From Candidatus Magasanikbacteria bacterium CG1_02_41_34 (GTDB lineage Bacteria; Patescibacteriota; Patescibacteriia; Magasanikbacterales; UBA922), in assembly GCA_001871445.1 (NCBI GenBank), contig MNVD01000022.1, positions 1 to 46,383 of the forward strand: DNA of 46,383 nt, written 5' to 3'. The number at the start of each line of letters is the position of its first letter. Within the stretch, counting starts at the first letter, position 1. Made by a program: the position numbers and the translations under genes. A model generated the notes under the pieces. That model was not told the origin of the DNA, did not search any database, and saw nothing but the letters and a program-made list of their open reading frames with translations. Positions 26,347 through 35,373 of this stretch are shown one piece after another.

Positions 26347-27309
26347 ATGAAACCACCACTCTATAGAGAAGCACTCGCACACAGCTGGCATCTTGCTTGG
26401 AAAGAACATAGTCTTTGGCCTTTTGGTATGTTTGCTGCTGCCCTTGGACAGATGGGCATTATTGATGCACTAGTACAGCTTTGGTTTACTGCACGTGGAT
26501 ATCGTCCAGGATCTGGTTTTTTGACACTGTATGATCTTTTTCATGCAGGATTTTCTGGAACTCCTATTCCACATGGATTGATTGGGTGGATTGCCTTTCT
26601 TTGTATTGTGTTTATCGGATTTGGTATAGTTATGACATTTATTGCTGTGGTTTCGCAAGGAGCTCTCGTGCAAAGCACGGCACATAGTGTACACCACAAG
26701 CGTTTGCCAGAGGCAGGGATCTCATGGGACATTGGAGTAGCTTCCTTTTGGAGGGTATTTGCTGTTAACGTACTAAAAAAGGTGATGTTGTGTGTGGTCG
26801 GACTTCTCATCGCCCTGGTTTCTTGGCCGATTCTTTTTTCACTCGGTGGCTCCCCTGTATTGTTTCTTGTTGTGTTTTTACTTGCTGCTGCTATATCTCT
26901 GGTCGTTTCTGTTGTGTCTGTTTATGCGATTGGGTATGTTGTGATTGAAGATTATGATTTTCTTCAAGCAGTAGTAACAGGCTGGAAACTTTTTACAGAA
27001 CATTGGCTCGTATCTCTTGAAGTAGGAATGGTCATCTTTGTTTTTGATCTTGCTGTTTCTTTCTTTTTTGTGACAATATTTTTTGTGTCTTTGTTGCCAG
27101 CATTTGTAGCATATTTATTTGCGCTTTTGTTTTCTTCGACATTACTTTTTTCTCTTGGTGTTGCTGTGTCAGCAACTCTCTTTCTTATTTTACTTTTTCT
27201 TGTGGCGGCTATGTTTTCAACATTTACGATTGCTACATGGACATATTTGTTTATGCAGATGCATAAGACAGGTCTCAAGAGCCACGTGCTTCATTGGCTA
27301 GGTCGGTAG
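26347..27309 (+). CDS. Multi-pass membrane protein, unknown function
   Basis: Highly hydrophobic ORF. Start moved to MKPP, downstream of TGCTATACT at 26315. Confidence 0.8.
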   Translation: MKPPLYREALAHSWHLAWKEHSLWPFGMFAAALGQMGIIDALVQLWFTARGYRPGSGFLTLYDLFHAGFSGTPIPHGLIGWIAFLCIVFIGFGIVMTFIAVVSQGALVQSTAHSVHHKRLPEAGISWDIGVASFWRVFAVNVLKKVMLCVVGLLIALVSWPILFSLGGSPVLFLVVFLLAAAISLVVSVVSVYAIGYVVIEDYDFLQAVVTGWKLFTEHWLVSLEVGMVIFVFDLAVSFFFVTIFFVSLLPAFVAYLFALLFSSTLLFSLGVAVSATLFLILLFLVAAMFSTFTIATWTYLFMQMHKTGLKSHVLHWLGR

Positions 27310-27339
27310 AAATTCGTTATTTTGTTAGTTTCAACTTTT

Positions 27340-29106
27340 ATGAGTGACCTTCCTTCAATTAACGATTTGCTTCCTTCAAAAAATCAATCACAACCTGACG
27401 CCGCAGAAGTGTCTTCTTTTCAATCTTCATCCCAATCTTCTCTTCATGTTGCTTCTGATGAAACAGAAGAGAAGTTTACAAAAAAAATGGAGAAAGTTGG
27501 TATAAAAGAAAAAGAAGTAGAAATTCAGCGACAGGCAAGTATGCTAGGGTTTCCTCATATCGATTTGTCTGCATTTCCAATCAGTCATGAGGCCCTCAAA
27601 CAAATTTCACAGAAAGATGCCGTTCGTCTGAATGTTGTCTGTTTTTTTGTCAATCAAGAAGAAATTCGTCTTGGTGCACTGAATCCTCGGTCTGAGGAAA
27701 TTCAGGCATTTTTGAAAGAAATAGAAAAACGTACATATACAAATGGAAGTATTTACATGATTTCGGAGCATAGTTTGCAACGAGTATTTGATTTGTATAA
27801 TACTCTTCCACATATATTACCAATATCAAAAAATGTTGAAATTGATACTGAGGATCTTGAAAAAGTTCAAGCTGATGTGCATGATTTCCGGAGTCTGCAA
27901 GAGAGTATTGAGCGTGTGAGCACCACTGACCTCGTCACGTTTCTTCTTGGGGCAGGGCTCAAGCTCAATGCATCCGATGTACATATTGAGCCAGAAGAAG
28001 ATCACACAGTCATTCGTCTGCGGCTTGATGGGATGCTCCATGATGCTGCAACACTGCCAAAAGAGGCGTATCACAAATTAGTTTCTCGCATAAAATTACT
28101 CTCTTCTCTCAAGATAAACATTATAGACAAGCCACAAGATGGACGGTTTACAATCAATGTTCCTACTGGCGGAGTAGATGTTCGTGTATCTGTTATGCCG
28201 ACTGTTTATGGTGAAGGTATTGTTATGCGTTTGTTGATCCAAAATCGTGAAGGACTTACTCTCGAAAGTTTAGGACTTCATGGTGAAGCCTACAAGGTGT
28301 TACTTTCTGAAATTGCTCGTCCAAATGGTATGATCATTACCACCGGACCAACAGGAAGTGGAAAAACAACAACGCTCTATGCGATTATGCAATTGCTTAA
28401 CAAGTCGGATGTCAAAATTATCACACTTGAAGACCCTGTTGAATACAAAATGCCTGGGATAAACCAAAGTCAAATTGATCATGCAAAAGATTATACGTTT
28501 GCAAAAGGATTGAAATCCATTTTGCGTCAGGATCCTGACATTGCAATGGTGGGAGAAATTCGTGATATTGAGACTGCGGATACTGTTATTCAGGCAGCGT
28601 TGACAGGTCATCTTATTCTTTCTACCTTGCATACCAATAGTGCTGCGGGCGCAATTCCACGTTTTCTTGCTATGGGCGTTAAACCATTTTTGTTGGCACC
28701 TGCCCTCAATGCTGTGATAGGACAGCGACTCGTGCGCAAGCTTTCTGATACTGCCAAGGTGGAAGCGACCTTGACGCCTGAACAGCAACAAAAAGTAGAT
28801 GCAATCATTGCGACTCTTCCTCCAAAAATTCTTGAAAAAGTACAGAGCAAAAAACAAACGTTTTATACTGCTCCTGAGTTTACATCTGGCGGAGAGTTGG
28901 GGTATAAAGGAAGAATCGGTATATACGAAATTTTTACTATGAGTGATGCTATCGAAGAATCAATCATGTCAAATAAAATTTCAGAATACGATATAGAGAA
29001 GCTTGCTCGCGAACAGGGTATGATTACGATGGCGCAAGATGGTGTATTGAAGGCTCTCGATGGTTTAACGTCTCTAGAAGAAGTCTTTCGCGTTACAGAA
29101 CAATAA
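27340..29106 (+). CDS. pilB: GspE/PilB-family pilus assembly ATPase
   Basis: ASDVHIEP, PQDGR, GPTGSGKTTT, TLEDPVE, LRQDPD..MVGEIRD and TGHLILSTLHTN. Confidence 0.9.
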   Translation: MSDLPSINDLLPSKNQSQPDAAEVSSFQSSSQSSLHVASDETEEKFTKKMEKVGIKEKEVEIQRQASMLGFPHIDLSAFPISHEALKQISQKDAVRLNVVCFFVNQEEIRLGALNPRSEEIQAFLKEIEKRTYTNGSIYMISEHSLQRVFDLYNTLPHILPISKNVEIDTEDLEKVQADVHDFRSLQESIERVSTTDLVTFLLGAGLKLNASDVHIEPEEDHTVIRLRLDGMLHDAATLPKEAYHKLVSRIKLLSSLKINIIDKPQDGRFTINVPTGGVDVRVSVMPTVYGEGIVMRLLIQNREGLTLESLGLHGEAYKVLLSEIARPNGMIITTGPTGSGKTTTLYAIMQLLNKSDVKIITLEDPVEYKMPGINQSQIDHAKDYTFAKGLKSILRQDPDIAMVGEIRDIETADTVIQAALTGHLILSTLHTNSAAGAIPRFLAMGVKPFLLAPALNAVIGQRLVRKLSDTAKVEATLTPEQQQKVDAIIATLPPKILEKVQSKKQTFYTAPEFTSGGELGYKGRIGIYEIFTMSDAIEESIMSNKISEYDIEKLAREQGMITMAQDGVLKALDGLTSLEEVFRVTEQ

Positions 29107-29145
29107 AAATGTGGTAGTATACTTTACAGAGTTTTCACGTTATAT

Positions 29146-30288
29146 ATGGTTGCACGTAGACAGCAAACAACTCAATCAAGTCAATCCGTAGGATTTTATA
29201 AATTTGTTGCGTTGATTTTTTTGGCTATTACCCTGATTTTGTTTGGGGTAATTGTATTTATGTCTTCAAAGCGCGCTGTGATTACGATTACTACACGCCC
29301 AGAGCCTGTAGATATTACCACCACCATTGGTGTGAACTCGGATAGTGCTCGCACTATCTCTGGGAGAGTCGTTACTACTACTCTAAGTGGCACAAACACA
29401 TATTATCCGACAGGAAATAAAGAAGAACTGGGAGTATCACAAGGTACAATGACAATTCACAATGAAACATCTCTTGATCAACCGCTTATTGCGACGACAA
29501 GATTGTTGTCTTCAGACGGTGTCCTGTTTCGTCTCAAAGAGCGTGTGCTGGTCCCAGCAGGTGACACAGTAAAAGCAAGTGTGTATGCAGATCAAGAGGG
29601 ATCCAGAAGCGATATTGGTCCTACAAAATTTACTATTCCTGGGTTGAATGACGCAAAGCAGTCTGTTATCTATGGAACCAGTGATACTGCTATGTCTGGT
29701 GGTATTCGCAAGATAGGATCTGTGAGTCAGGATGATGTTGATAAAGCAAAAAAATTATTAGCTGAAGAGTTGAAAGATGATGCAAAAGCATCTCTTGCAG
29801 AACAAGTAGACAGTGAGTTATCTCTTGCTGTGTACGATGTTTCTGATCCTACGTATACAGTTGGGGCGACGATAGGAGAAGAAGTAAGTGAATTTACCCT
29901 CTCTGCAAAAATGACAGTTGTTGGGGTGTTCTTTTTACCAGATGACGTACAAACACTTGCAAGCGATGTCCTCATGAGTCGAGCAATTGACGATGCTGAA
30001 TATATAGAGCCAAGTGATGCTGCACCTGTTGTAACTCTTAAATCTTATGACCTTGTGCGTGAAGAAGCAGAGCTCGATGTTACCTATACTGGGAGAGCAA
30101 CAATAAATCCAGAAAGTCGTCAACTTTCAAAAATTGCTTTTTACGGGAAAACAAAAGATGAAGTACGTCGATATTTACTCTCACTCGATCATGTCTATGG
30201 TGTAGATGTGCATTTCAGACCAGCATGGACGCAGACGATCCCACACGTAGCAGATCATGTTGATATTGTAGTGAAGCAGGTGGAGTAG
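29146..30288 (+). CDS. Single-TM protein with baseplate-J-like domain (CPR type)
   Basis: N-terminal TM; GTMTIHN..DQPLIATTRL, VYADQEG..DIGP..FTIPGL and MSGG pattern recalled from CPR baseplate-J-like proteins. Confidence 0.65.
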   Translation: MVARRQQTTQSSQSVGFYKFVALIFLAITLILFGVIVFMSSKRAVITITTRPEPVDITTTIGVNSDSARTISGRVVTTTLSGTNTYYPTGNKEELGVSQGTMTIHNETSLDQPLIATTRLLSSDGVLFRLKERVLVPAGDTVKASVYADQEGSRSDIGPTKFTIPGLNDAKQSVIYGTSDTAMSGGIRKIGSVSQDDVDKAKKLLAEELKDDAKASLAEQVDSELSLAVYDVSDPTYTVGATIGEEVSEFTLSAKMTVVGVFFLPDDVQTLASDVLMSRAIDDAEYIEPSDAAPVVTLKSYDLVREEAELDVTYTGRATINPESRQLSKIAFYGKTKDEVRRYLLSLDHVYGVDVHFRPAWTQTIPHVADHVDIVVKQVE

Positions 30289-30329
30289 AGTTTTAGATAT
30301 TTACAGTGTTAGGTAATTAGAGTATTAGA
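30289..30329 (+). repeat. Degenerate octamer array (GTATTAGA type)
   Basis: GTTTTAGA TATTTACA GTGTTAGG TAATTAGA GTATTAGA begins right after stop 30288. Confidence 0.6.
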
Positions 30330-30336
30330 ATAATAT

Positions 30337-30362
30337 AAAAACACACGGTTTGTGTGTTTTTT
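30337..30362. terminator. Bidirectional intrinsic terminator
   Basis: AAAAACACAC-GGTTT-GTGTGTTTTTT. Confidence 0.7.
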
Positions 30363-30385
30363 CTTTTTTTGAATTATAGAAGTGT

Positions 30386-30413
30386 CGACGCAGGCACCGT
30401 GGTGCCTGCGTCG
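30386..30413. other. GC-rich hairpin 3' of ORFan
   Basis: CGACGCAGGCAC-CGTG-GTGCCTGCGTCG, 27 nt downstream of the stop at 30441. Confidence 0.75.
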
Positions 30414-30440
30414 CTGGATGTTTGTCGCTGGCGTCTTACG

Positions 30441-30785
30441 TCAGCGACCGTTGTTGAGCTGGTCGAGGTCCTTCATGATCTTTCCCAGTTCCTTGTGAAT
30501 GTCCGGGTAGTCGTGTGTGACACCGTCGATTTGATCTTGGGTGATGCGCCTCCCCAGATCTGCCAGCAAGGCAACAGACTGGTACAGCTTCTTCTTGATA
30601 TGGAGATCCTTCTCCGTGCTCAACACCTGTATCACGGCGGTGATGGTGTCGTTCACGTGCTGGATCATCTCCGCATTTCCTGTAGCTCTCGAGGAACCGG
30701 CGTATGCACTGTCGGTGCTGTCGTTGACGTTGAAGCCGACAACGAAGAAAGTGAACACCAGAGCGAGAATGAGCGAATGATGCAT
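30441..30785 (-). CDS. Hypothetical secreted helical protein (GC-rich ORFan)
   Basis: SD GGAG before MHHSLILALVFTFFVVG (signal-like, AYA site); own promoter upstream; 50-53% GC by spot count. Confidence 0.65.
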   Translation of the reverse strand: MHHSLILALVFTFFVVGFNVNDSTDSAYAGSSRATGNAEMIQHVNDTITAVIQVLSTEKDLHIKKKLYQSVALLADLGRRITQDQIDGVTHDYPDIHKELGKIMKDLDQLNNGR

Positions 30786-30900
30786 GGGTTTCTCCATGGA
30801 ACGCGTCTCGGGAAAATTTGCCTAAACCTGCTCTCCCGAAAGCATGGCCAGGGGAAAAGACTTGTGAGAGTGCTTTCCTCTGTACATGCATTGATAGCAG

Positions 30901-30929
30901 AATATAGCAGTGTTATATAGTTTTGTCAA
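30901..30929 (-). promoter_or_regulatory. Sigma70 promoter for the ORFan
   Basis: Minus strand TTGACA-17 nt-TATATT with extended TG. Confidence 0.65.
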
Positions 30930-30937
30930 TGCATCTC

Positions 30938-30966
30938 TTGACAAGGTTTATGCTTCTCAGTAAGAT
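30938..30966 (+). promoter_or_regulatory. Sigma70 promoter for the thrS leader
   Basis: TTGACA-17 nt-TAAGAT. Confidence 0.65.
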
Positions 30967-30991
30967 GATTCTATACAGAGTATTCAATACG

Positions 30992-31176
30992 CATGTTGGT
31001 AGGACCTGAAAGAGAGAGGAAGCCTTGGCTGGAAGCTTCCTTCAGGAACACCCCATTCATGTACCAAGGATACGCGCCGTACGACAATTTTGATGAGTAC
31101 AATCTCGGGTGGAACCGTCCTATTATATATAGTAGGGCCCCGGCAAATGTCAGTATTGATGTTGTGCCGTTTTTTT
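30992..31176 (+). promoter_or_regulatory. T-box riboswitch (Thr specifier)
   Basis: Stem I (CATG/CATG, TGG/CCA, CCTGAA/TTCAGG) with AGAGA and GCTG boxes; specifier loop GAACACC with ACC = Thr (31050-31052); T-box GGGTGGAACCG (31107-31117); terminator CGGCA...TGCCG-T7. Confidence 0.85.
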
Positions 31177-31188
31177 ATTTTTACTCGA

Positions 31189-31257
31189 GTCTTAGGGTTT
31201 TAGAGGATTAGGTATTTGATTATTCCTAACGCTCTAATACTCTAACATCTAACATCT
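31189..31257. repeat. Inverted octamer arrays (hairpin) before thrS
   Basis: GTCTTAGG GTTTTAGA GGATTAGG ... CCTAACGC TCTAATAC TCTAACA TCTAACATCT. Confidence 0.7.
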
Positions 31258-31263
31258 GTACAT

Positions 31264-33000
31264 ATGAATACCGAACACCTCCGCCACAGTGCAGCACATC
31301 TCCTTGCCGCCGCAGTCTTGGAGTTATATCCAGACGTAAAATTAACTCTTGGTCCTGCGATTGAGAATGGTTTTTATTATGACATTGACTTTGGTGACGT
31401 CACGTTGTCAGTTGAAGATTTACCTGCAATTGAAAAGAAAATGAAAGATCTTGTGAATGATTGGAAAGAATTTTCACACAAGGAAGTGTCATTAGAAGAA
31501 GCAAAAGAAGTGTATGCAGGTAATGAATACAAACTTGAAATGATTTATGATATTGCCGAAAAAGGAGAAACAATAACACTCTATACCTGTGGCAATTTTA
31601 CAGATCTTTGTCGTGGTGGACATGTCGACGAACCAAGAAAATCACTTCGTGCATTCAAACTCATGAGCGTCGCAGGTGCCTACTGGCGAGGTGATGAAAA
31701 AAAACCAATGCTCACACGTATTTATGGTACAGCCTTTGAAACAAAAGAAGAACTGAAGGCGCATCTAGAGATGCTCGAAGAAGCAAAGAAGCGAGATCAT
31801 CGAAAAATTGGAAAAGAACAGAAGCTCTATTTTATCGATGACATGGTTGGCAAAGGACTCGTGATGTGGCTCCCAAATGGAGTGACAATTCGAGATGAAA
31901 TAGAAAAGCTCGCAAGAGAAAAAGAAGCTGCAGGTGGGTATGTGCGTGTTGTCACGCCACATATCGCAAAGCAAGAATTATTTTTGACATCAGGACATTT
32001 GCCATATTATGAAAAGGACATGTATCCAAAGATGGAGATGGATGATGGGACATATTATATGAAAGCCATGAATTGTCCACATCACCATCGTATTTATCAG
32101 TACGAGCCACATAGTTACCGTGATCTTCCGCTTCGTTTAGCTGAGTATGGAACAGTGTATCGCAATGAATTGTCTGGAACCTTGGCAGGACTTTTGCGTG
32201 TGAGGGGCATGGCAATGAATGATGCACACATGTATTGTCGAAAAGATCAGATCAAGGATGAGTTCAAGGCTGTGATGAAACTCACCATGGAGTATTTTAA
32301 GATTTTTGGATTTGAAAAGTATTGGTTTCGTTTGTCAAAGTGGAGCCCAGATCATACGGAAAAATATATCAATGAGCCAGAGAATTGGACCTATAGCCAA
32401 GACGTTCTCCGTGAAGTGCTAGAAGAAATGAATGTGGAATTTGTAGAGGTAGATGATGAAGCCGCTTTTTATGGACCAAAGGTAGATGTACAGGTGCGTT
32501 CAGTGATTGGGCGAGAAGAGACGATGTCCACGATTCAGCTCGACTTTTTGGCAAAGAGTAGATTTGGTTTGTCTTACACCGATGAAGAAGGAAGTGAAAA
32601 TAACGAAGTCTTTGTGATTCATCGCGCACCACTCTCTGTACATGAGCGTTTCCTTGCATTTCTCATCGAGCATTATGCTGGTGTCTGGCCAGTATGGATG
32701 TCTCCTGTCCAAGTACACATTGTACCAGTATCAGAAAAGCATGTGGATGGTGCACGTGCTATGGTAGCAGAGTTTATTGCGGCCGGTATTCGTGTCAGTA
32801 TTGATGAAGCCGATGAAACGGTCGGCAAGAAAATACGCAATGCGACAAAGCAGAAACATCCCTATATCCTCGTAGTCGGTGACAAAGAATTGTCTGGAGA
32901 AGACCTCATGATTCGAGTGCGAGGACAGGAAGAACAAGAGTCAATGTCAAAGGAAGCCTTTATCGAAAAAGTGAAGAAGGAGATCGCAATTCGTGCGTAA
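31264..33000 (+). CDS. thrS: Threonine--tRNA ligase
   Basis: LRHSAAHLLA, DLCRGGH, RDHRKIG, MNCPHH, YRNE.SG.L.GL.RVR, AAFYGPK and VIHRA motifs. Confidence 0.97.
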   Translation: MNTEHLRHSAAHLLAAAVLELYPDVKLTLGPAIENGFYYDIDFGDVTLSVEDLPAIEKKMKDLVNDWKEFSHKEVSLEEAKEVYAGNEYKLEMIYDIAEKGETITLYTCGNFTDLCRGGHVDEPRKSLRAFKLMSVAGAYWRGDEKKPMLTRIYGTAFETKEELKAHLEMLEEAKKRDHRKIGKEQKLYFIDDMVGKGLVMWLPNGVTIRDEIEKLAREKEAAGGYVRVVTPHIAKQELFLTSGHLPYYEKDMYPKMEMDDGTYYMKAMNCPHHHRIYQYEPHSYRDLPLRLAEYGTVYRNELSGTLAGLLRVRGMAMNDAHMYCRKDQIKDEFKAVMKLTMEYFKIFGFEKYWFRLSKWSPDHTEKYINEPENWTYSQDVLREVLEEMNVEFVEVDDEAAFYGPKVDVQVRSVIGREETMSTIQLDFLAKSRFGLSYTDEEGSENNEVFVIHRAPLSVHERFLAFLIEHYAGVWPVWMSPVQVHIVPVSEKHVDGARAMVAEFIAAGIRVSIDEADETVGKKIRNATKQKHPYILVVGDKELSGEDLMIRVRGQEEQESMSKEAFIEKVKKEIAIRA

Positions 33001-33009
33001 AATATGGGA

Positions 33010-33040
33010 AAGAAAAACCGCCATCACGGCGGTTTTTCTT
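33010..33040. terminator. Bidirectional intrinsic terminator
   Basis: AAGAAAAACCGCC-ATCAC-GGCGGTTTTTCTT between convergent genes. Confidence 0.85.
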
Positions 33041-33047
33041 GTTTTCT

Positions 33048-34259
33048 CTAGGTTCTGCCTAATATTCTTTTCCAAAAACTTGGATTTTTCTTTGGTGCTT
33101 GTGTAGTATTATCCTCTTCAGGAAGTGTTATTGTTTTTCCTTCAAAGATTGCTTTTTCACCTGCATTGAGTATTTTACCAAGTCCATCTCCTACTGCTTC
33201 AACAGCTGTTATTGCTGGGCTCTTTGGCAGCGTTATTGTTTCTGAATCTTGATCGAATCCCTCTTGGTGAATTTGTTTGCGTAAACGATCTGTTTCTTTT
33301 GCGTCTCTTTTTGCAGTTTTTGAAGTAAGAGCCTCATCCTCTCCACTATTTATTTTGTCTGCTGTTTTTGCCCACTTTCCTTTTTCAGTTGCCACCGTTT
33401 TTCCTCTGTACATTGTATTCGTGACTGCGTCGGCTGTATTAGTCAATATGTTTCCTACCCCTTCGGCTACTTGTTTTCCTAGCCCGTGCTTTAATTTACC
33501 AGTTTCAGATGCTACATCATACCCTTTCTTTGCAATTTTTTTGTCTATACGTTCTTGCTCCTCTGGCACATATGCTGCTTCTTCAATAGCGTTATTTTCT
33601 TCGAGAATTTGTTCGTCTTCTAGTACTTGATCTGAAAGTTTGATAGAGTTTTTTGTTTTTGGTGGTAGTTTTCTTTTTACATGAACTGTTGTATTTTTGG
33701 AACCTGAAATGATTGGAAGAATTTCCATTTCTTTTATAACTTTTTGTTGATGTGCAATGGCATCAACTCTTTCCTGGGGATCTTCGTTAAGGTCAGGGAG
33801 CAGCGCTGCAGATTCGTCATCAGGCAGGGTAAGTTTTTCTCCGTGTTTTTCGAGTTCATTCCTCCTTTGTATATCCCCTGGGTCCTCGTCAAAATTTGGT
33901 GTAAATTTTTGATTAAAATCTTCCGTTTCTTCAGCAGTAAACTCACCTATATTATGATTCGTCTCGGTTCGTTCAAGTATTCCTTTGAATCCTACGGAAA
34001 AGACTTTTCCTGTTTTTTCGTCTTGAAGTGACACTGAGGAACCATCTTGACTTGAAAGATCTTCTCTTACCATACAATTCATCTTTTTCCCTCCTTTTGT
34101 TTCGTATGTAAGGTGAACGGTTCCATCCACATTACGAAGAAATTGTATCGTTTGTAGTCCGTCACTGAGAATGAGAGGCTCATTTTTTGGTTGCTCACGT
34201 TTCATGAGTTTTAGAATTTCATGGTGTGGCAATGATGATGCATCTGGGTTTCCTGTCAT
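33048..34259 (-). CDS. Hypothetical charged, low-complexity protein
   Basis: 403-aa E/K/D-rich ORF ending FWKRILGRT; promoter TTGACC-17-TATAGT at 34315-34287. Confidence 0.75.
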   Translation of the reverse strand: MTGNPDASSLPHHEILKLMKREQPKNEPLILSDGLQTIQFLRNVDGTVHLTYETKGGKKMNCMVREDLSSQDGSSVSLQDEKTGKVFSVGFKGILERTETNHNIGEFTAEETEDFNQKFTPNFDEDPGDIQRRNELEKHGEKLTLPDDESAALLPDLNEDPQERVDAIAHQQKVIKEMEILPIISGSKNTTVHVKRKLPPKTKNSIKLSDQVLEDEQILEENNAIEEAAYVPEEQERIDKKIAKKGYDVASETGKLKHGLGKQVAEGVGNILTNTADAVTNTMYRGKTVATEKGKWAKTADKINSGEDEALTSKTAKRDAKETDRLRKQIHQEGFDQDSETITLPKSPAITAVEAVGDGLGKILNAGEKAIFEGKTITLPEEDNTTQAPKKNPSFWKRILGRT

Positions 34260-34409
34260 ATAAAATTACATTAAGTCTTTTCATATACTATACCGTATGT
34301 CTAGTATTGGGTCAATTTATTTTGCCTCAACCTATTGATATTTCTCAAATTCTTTGCTATAATCCTACCCCGTTGCTATAGTAGCCTTGAAAGCAACTGA
34401 TATATTGAT

Positions 34410-35351
34410 ATGGAAAAAGAGCATAAAGAATTGCCAAAATTGATCGTAATCCTCGGGCCTACTGCGGCTGGAAAAACGACCTGGGGTCTTACTCTAGCAA
34501 AAAAGTACAATGGTGAGATTATTGGTGCAGATTCAAGACAGATTTATAAAAAATTGGATATTGGTACTGCGAAGCCCGTAGGGGAATGGAGGAGAAATGG
34601 GCTGCGACGGTCGTACATGGTTGAGGATATTCCTCATCATATTATCGATATTATCGATCCTGGCAAACGTTTTAGTGTTGCAGAGTTTCGAGATAAAGCC
34701 GTGAAGTACGTAAAATTGATTCACAAAAATAACAAAATTCCTATTGTCGTGGGTGGTACTGGATTGTATATTTCTTCCCTTGTTGACAATTTTCATATTC
34801 CGCACGTGAGTCCAAATAAAAAGCTCAGACAAAGCTTGGAGGAAAAACCTATGGACGAATTATTTGTCCTTTTTCAGCGTATGGATCCAGAAGGAGCAAA
34901 AGTCATAGATAAACAGAATAAAAGACGGTTGCTTCGTGCTCTTGAAGTATGTATTCTTTCGGGTGAACCGTTTTCTCAACAAAAGAAAAAAGGGGAGCCA
35001 CTGTTTGACATTCTCCAGATAGGTATTACTGTACCAAGAGAAGAATTGCATACACGTATAGATGCGCGAGTTGATCAGATGATAAAACTTGGATTGGTAA
35101 AAGAGGTTGACTTGCTTCTTAAGCAAAAATATTCATGGGAACTTCCTAGCATGAGCGGTGTTGGATATCGACAATTTCAAGAATATTTTGAAAAAGTAAA
35201 AAGTCTTGATGAATGTATTGACCTTTTGAAAAGAGATACTCGCCGTTTTGCCCGTCGTCAATTGACATGGTTTCGCCGCGATTCCAGTATCAAGTGGTGT
35301 ACATCACTTGAAGAAGCAGATGTGTTGGTACAGTCTTTTCTTCAAGAATGA
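34410..35351 (+). CDS. miaA: tRNA dimethylallyltransferase
   Basis: GPTAAGKT, DSRQIY..LDIGTAKP, VGGTGLY and FARRQLTWFR. Confidence 0.96.
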   Translation: MEKEHKELPKLIVILGPTAAGKTTWGLTLAKKYNGEIIGADSRQIYKKLDIGTAKPVGEWRRNGLRRSYMVEDIPHHIIDIIDPGKRFSVAEFRDKAVKYVKLIHKNNKIPIVVGGTGLYISSLVDNFHIPHVSPNKKLRQSLEEKPMDELFVLFQRMDPEGAKVIDKQNKRRLLRALEVCILSGEPFSQQKKKGEPLFDILQIGITVPREELHTRIDARVDQMIKLGLVKEVDLLLKQKYSWELPSMSGVGYRQFQEYFEKVKSLDECIDLLKRDTRRFARRQLTWFRRDSSIKWCTSLEEADVLVQSFLQE

Positions 35352-35373
35352 AATAATGGTATAGTATATATCT

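Noticed and set aside
29146-30288. Prophage or contractile injection system
   Set aside because: Single membrane-anchored baseplate-J-like gene with no other phage structural genes nearby.
30354-30920. Alternative ORFs 30354-30920 (+) and 30436-30891 (-)
   Set aside because: Shadow frames of a GC-rich gene. Only 30441-30785 has promoter, SD and signal-peptide support.
30993-31211. 72-aa ORF upstream of thrS
   Set aside because: Coincides with the T-box leader and its terminator.
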